Assembly: GCA_010909165.1 (NCBI GenBank)
Contig: MU008173.1
Coordinates: 868,001-932,000 of the forward strand
Source: Anthoceros angustus
Lineage: Eukaryota; Plantae; Anthocerotophyta
Length of the DNA stretch: 64,000 nucleotides
Direction of reading: 5' to 3'
The position numbers and the translations under genes were made by a program. Shown piece after piece: positions 61,720-64,000 of the stretch. Below the pieces are notes generated by a model, which was given only the letters and a program-made list of their open reading frames with translations, made no database searches and was not told where the DNA came from. Positions within the stretch are counted from its first letter, which is position 1. Every line of letters begins with the position of its first letter.

Positions 61720-62640
61720 CAGCTAAGAAGGATTTGGTTGTGGGGCGACGAAGTTCATGATCTCACTTTCAAACTTAGTTAGGAGTCGGATGCATATTTT
61801 GGGGAACCTTATCTTGCGCATGTATGCATGTGGAAGTTGGGTGCAGGAGGCCATGGATATGTTCACCAGGGTGGGCAGACCAAATGCCTTCATGTGGTCT
61901 TCCATAATTTCTGCACATGCTAGGGACGGGAGACATATCATGAGGCCATACAAGCGTACCATATTAAACTGTGTAGATCAGGCGTGAAGGCGGATGCTCA
62001 CGTCTTTGTATTTCTTCTGACTTGTTTGTTGGCAACTGCCTGGTGGATATGTATGCAAACGCTGGGGAACTCAAAGATGCAATCCAGTTTAACGTTTTTG
62101 ACAGCACGACCACCAAGGATGTGGTGACATGGAATGCCCTGATTGCTGGGTGTGCAAACTGTCGTGAAGTGAAGGATGCACGCCAGGGTTTTGACAGCAT
62201 GCCCACAAAGGATGTGGTGACATGGAATACCCTGACTGCTGGGTATGCAAAATGTGGTGAACCGAAGATGCATGCAAGGTTTTTGACAGCATGGCTACAA
62301 TGGATGCGGGGAAATGGAATGCCCTGACAGCTGGGTATGCCGATCAAGGGCTCGGACATGAGGCACCTGTTCTGTATAGACAATTGCCGGAGCAGGAGGG
62401 GCAGATTTTGTCTAACCATGTCACTTTTGTTTTTTCCGCACCACCTCACCCATCCTTCTCCTCTCTTGATTCTGCTCCTCACAGTTGCTTCCTACTAACT
62501 ATTGTCAAGATCCGGCCTTTGCCTCCGCTCGCTTGGACCCCTACTCACCTACAAAAGGCCAAGCGGTTGCTGGCACAGCTTGTGAAAAGGGACACACCAA
62601 AAATATGCTGGTTGGCACTTGCCTGGTCGACATAAATAGG
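61720..62640 (+). pseudogene. Second degenerate PLS-class PPR gene
   Basis: GNLILRMYACGS..EAMDMFTRVGRPNAFMWSSIISAHARDG; FVGNCLVDMYANAGELKDA; KDVVTWNALIAG and KDVVTWNTLTAGYAKCG; LVGTCLVD. Spread over several frames with stops. Confidence 0.85.
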
Positions 62641-63780
62641 AGAAGGAAATTGTTGTCACCAACAGCACCAGCAGCAGCTTTGGACTCGACTCTGAGTAGG
62701 GTTGCAGCAGTGACCTGAAGGAGTTCACTGCAAAGCAAGCTCGCCTTTCTTTCTTCCTTCGTGTGTCCGTTACGCAGCCAAAAGTTTAGTTCGCGAAGGC
62801 TCAAACTGCAACCTACACCATTTCCTTCCGGTTTCTGCGAAGGACCAGCTGTGTCACTGCCAGTCCACAGTAGGGAGCGGAAAATCGGAGAAGGCGCGCG
62901 TGCAAATTGCAAGAACGCAGTTAGAGGCATCACCGGATTCCTACTGGTCATTCTCACTCACCAGGATCGGGAACTGCCGGTTCACTCTCTTCAACTTCGA
63001 CAAACCCGTTCCACGCGTTCAGGACTGGAGTTCCTAGTCGAATGCCATGGATCTAGAGGAAGGCCCGGGCCGGCAGACGCTGTGTCACGACTACGTAGCA
63101 GCAGTGGCTACAAATACTGAAGCCACACAAGCTTATGTCATCCGCTCCCTCCCCTTCAGCATCACTCATCTATGGACATAGATATTCCACCTGGAGGCTG
63201 GAGCGCACAAGCTTAGATCTTGAGCTGCTTCGAAGAGATCGAATCGAATCTACGCCTCTGTTCCAAGTCGACCAAGAGTGATCAAAGCCGCCTGCAATTA
63301 AGGAAAGCTGGTGCAATGGCGCGCCTGCAGCTGCGGCTGGTTCGGGCAATACTTCCCAGATCCCGGGCTTTCAGCAGTCTGACAAGGCTCTGTTTGCCGC
63401 CATGCCCACGTCCATCAATACCCACATTCTGCAGCACAAACTTTCGGTACCGATGCCAAAACGTGCTGGCACTCCAGGCTAGGGCTAAGGCTACTTAGAT
63501 TATATTCATGGTCATTCAAAGGGATCGATTATCTCATCTCTTTGGATGCAACACCTAAATTAGTATCGATGTTTGTCATAGCCGCAAACTAGGCATGCTT
63601 TCCGAGAAAGGTTCACAGGTGCGTGGTCTATATATGGCCGACCCTAGTTACAGTTTGCCACAGAAAAGCAAAGGCGCAGGCCCTTCACAGACACCCTAGC
63701 CTGGCTATTCAGTTCTCCCTTTCGTGCTTTCTTTCCTCCGCTAGCGCTCTTGAGCTTGCTGCCGGCATCGTCTAGACAAC

Positions 63781-63842
63781 ATGGGTCACGCAGCGGTGTG
63801 GAACTCTCACCCGAAGAAGTTCGGGCCCGGCGCCCGCACCTG
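63781..63842 (+). CDS. RPS29: 40S ribosomal protein S29 (uS14), exon 1; the gene continues past the window
   Basis: [21 protein letters not shown] with a GT donor (TG|gtatgc) inside the Cys codon. Upstream are a pyrimidine-rich leader (63713-63739) and accctag motifs. Not in the ORF track. Confidence 0.92.
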
Positions 63843-64000
63843 GTATGCCATCCGCCGCTGAGCGCTTCGCCGCCGCATTGTCGGCTGCAGCTCGAGGCTT
63901 GTGTTTCTGGGCTCCATGGATTGTATCGTTTAGGTCTAGAGCGATTGCGTCCGGGCTTGTTTGGGGCCGCCGGTCGGCGTGGTTCAGGTCTGACTGATAA

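Noticed and set aside
63316-63498. Short ORF resembling a mitochondrial presequence (MARLQLRLVRAILPRSRAFSS)
   Set aside because: No downstream exon identifiable before the RPS29 promoter; unsupported as a gene.

Overview
Gene-dense eukaryotic nuclear DNA from a land plant. Short (~100 bp) GT-AG introns, ~50% GC, hexamer microsatellites in UTRs and promoters, and degenerate PLS-class PPR genes suggest a non-seed plant such as a hornwort (inference). Genes reconstructed from the sequence are: a 5-exon single-lobe transferrin with signal peptide, a complete Fe/carbonate ligand set and a GPI-like tail (3038-4717); a ZHOUPI-like bHLH-ACT factor; an EF-hand protein; a CHR4/PKR1-type CHD3 remodeler that splices in frame to an N-terminal PWWP domain and carries a ~670 bp intragenic tandem duplication; a GSL8/10-type callose synthase; an intronless organellar gyrA; an intron-containing class-CI-like HSP20 with heat-shock elements; and exon 1 of RPS29 at the right edge. 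Decayed or mobile DNA includes two PPR pseudogenes, a Harbinger transposase remnant, an LRR-RLK pseudogene, a CRE-like non-LTR retrotransposon relic, a TA-flanked Tc1/mariner-type MITE, an F-box/callose-synthase chimeric fragment and several minisatellites. The most interesting items are the GPI-anchored monolobal transferrin, the PWWP-CHR4 architecture and the F-box::CalS chimera. All family assignments come from motif recognition by eye; no database searches were run.
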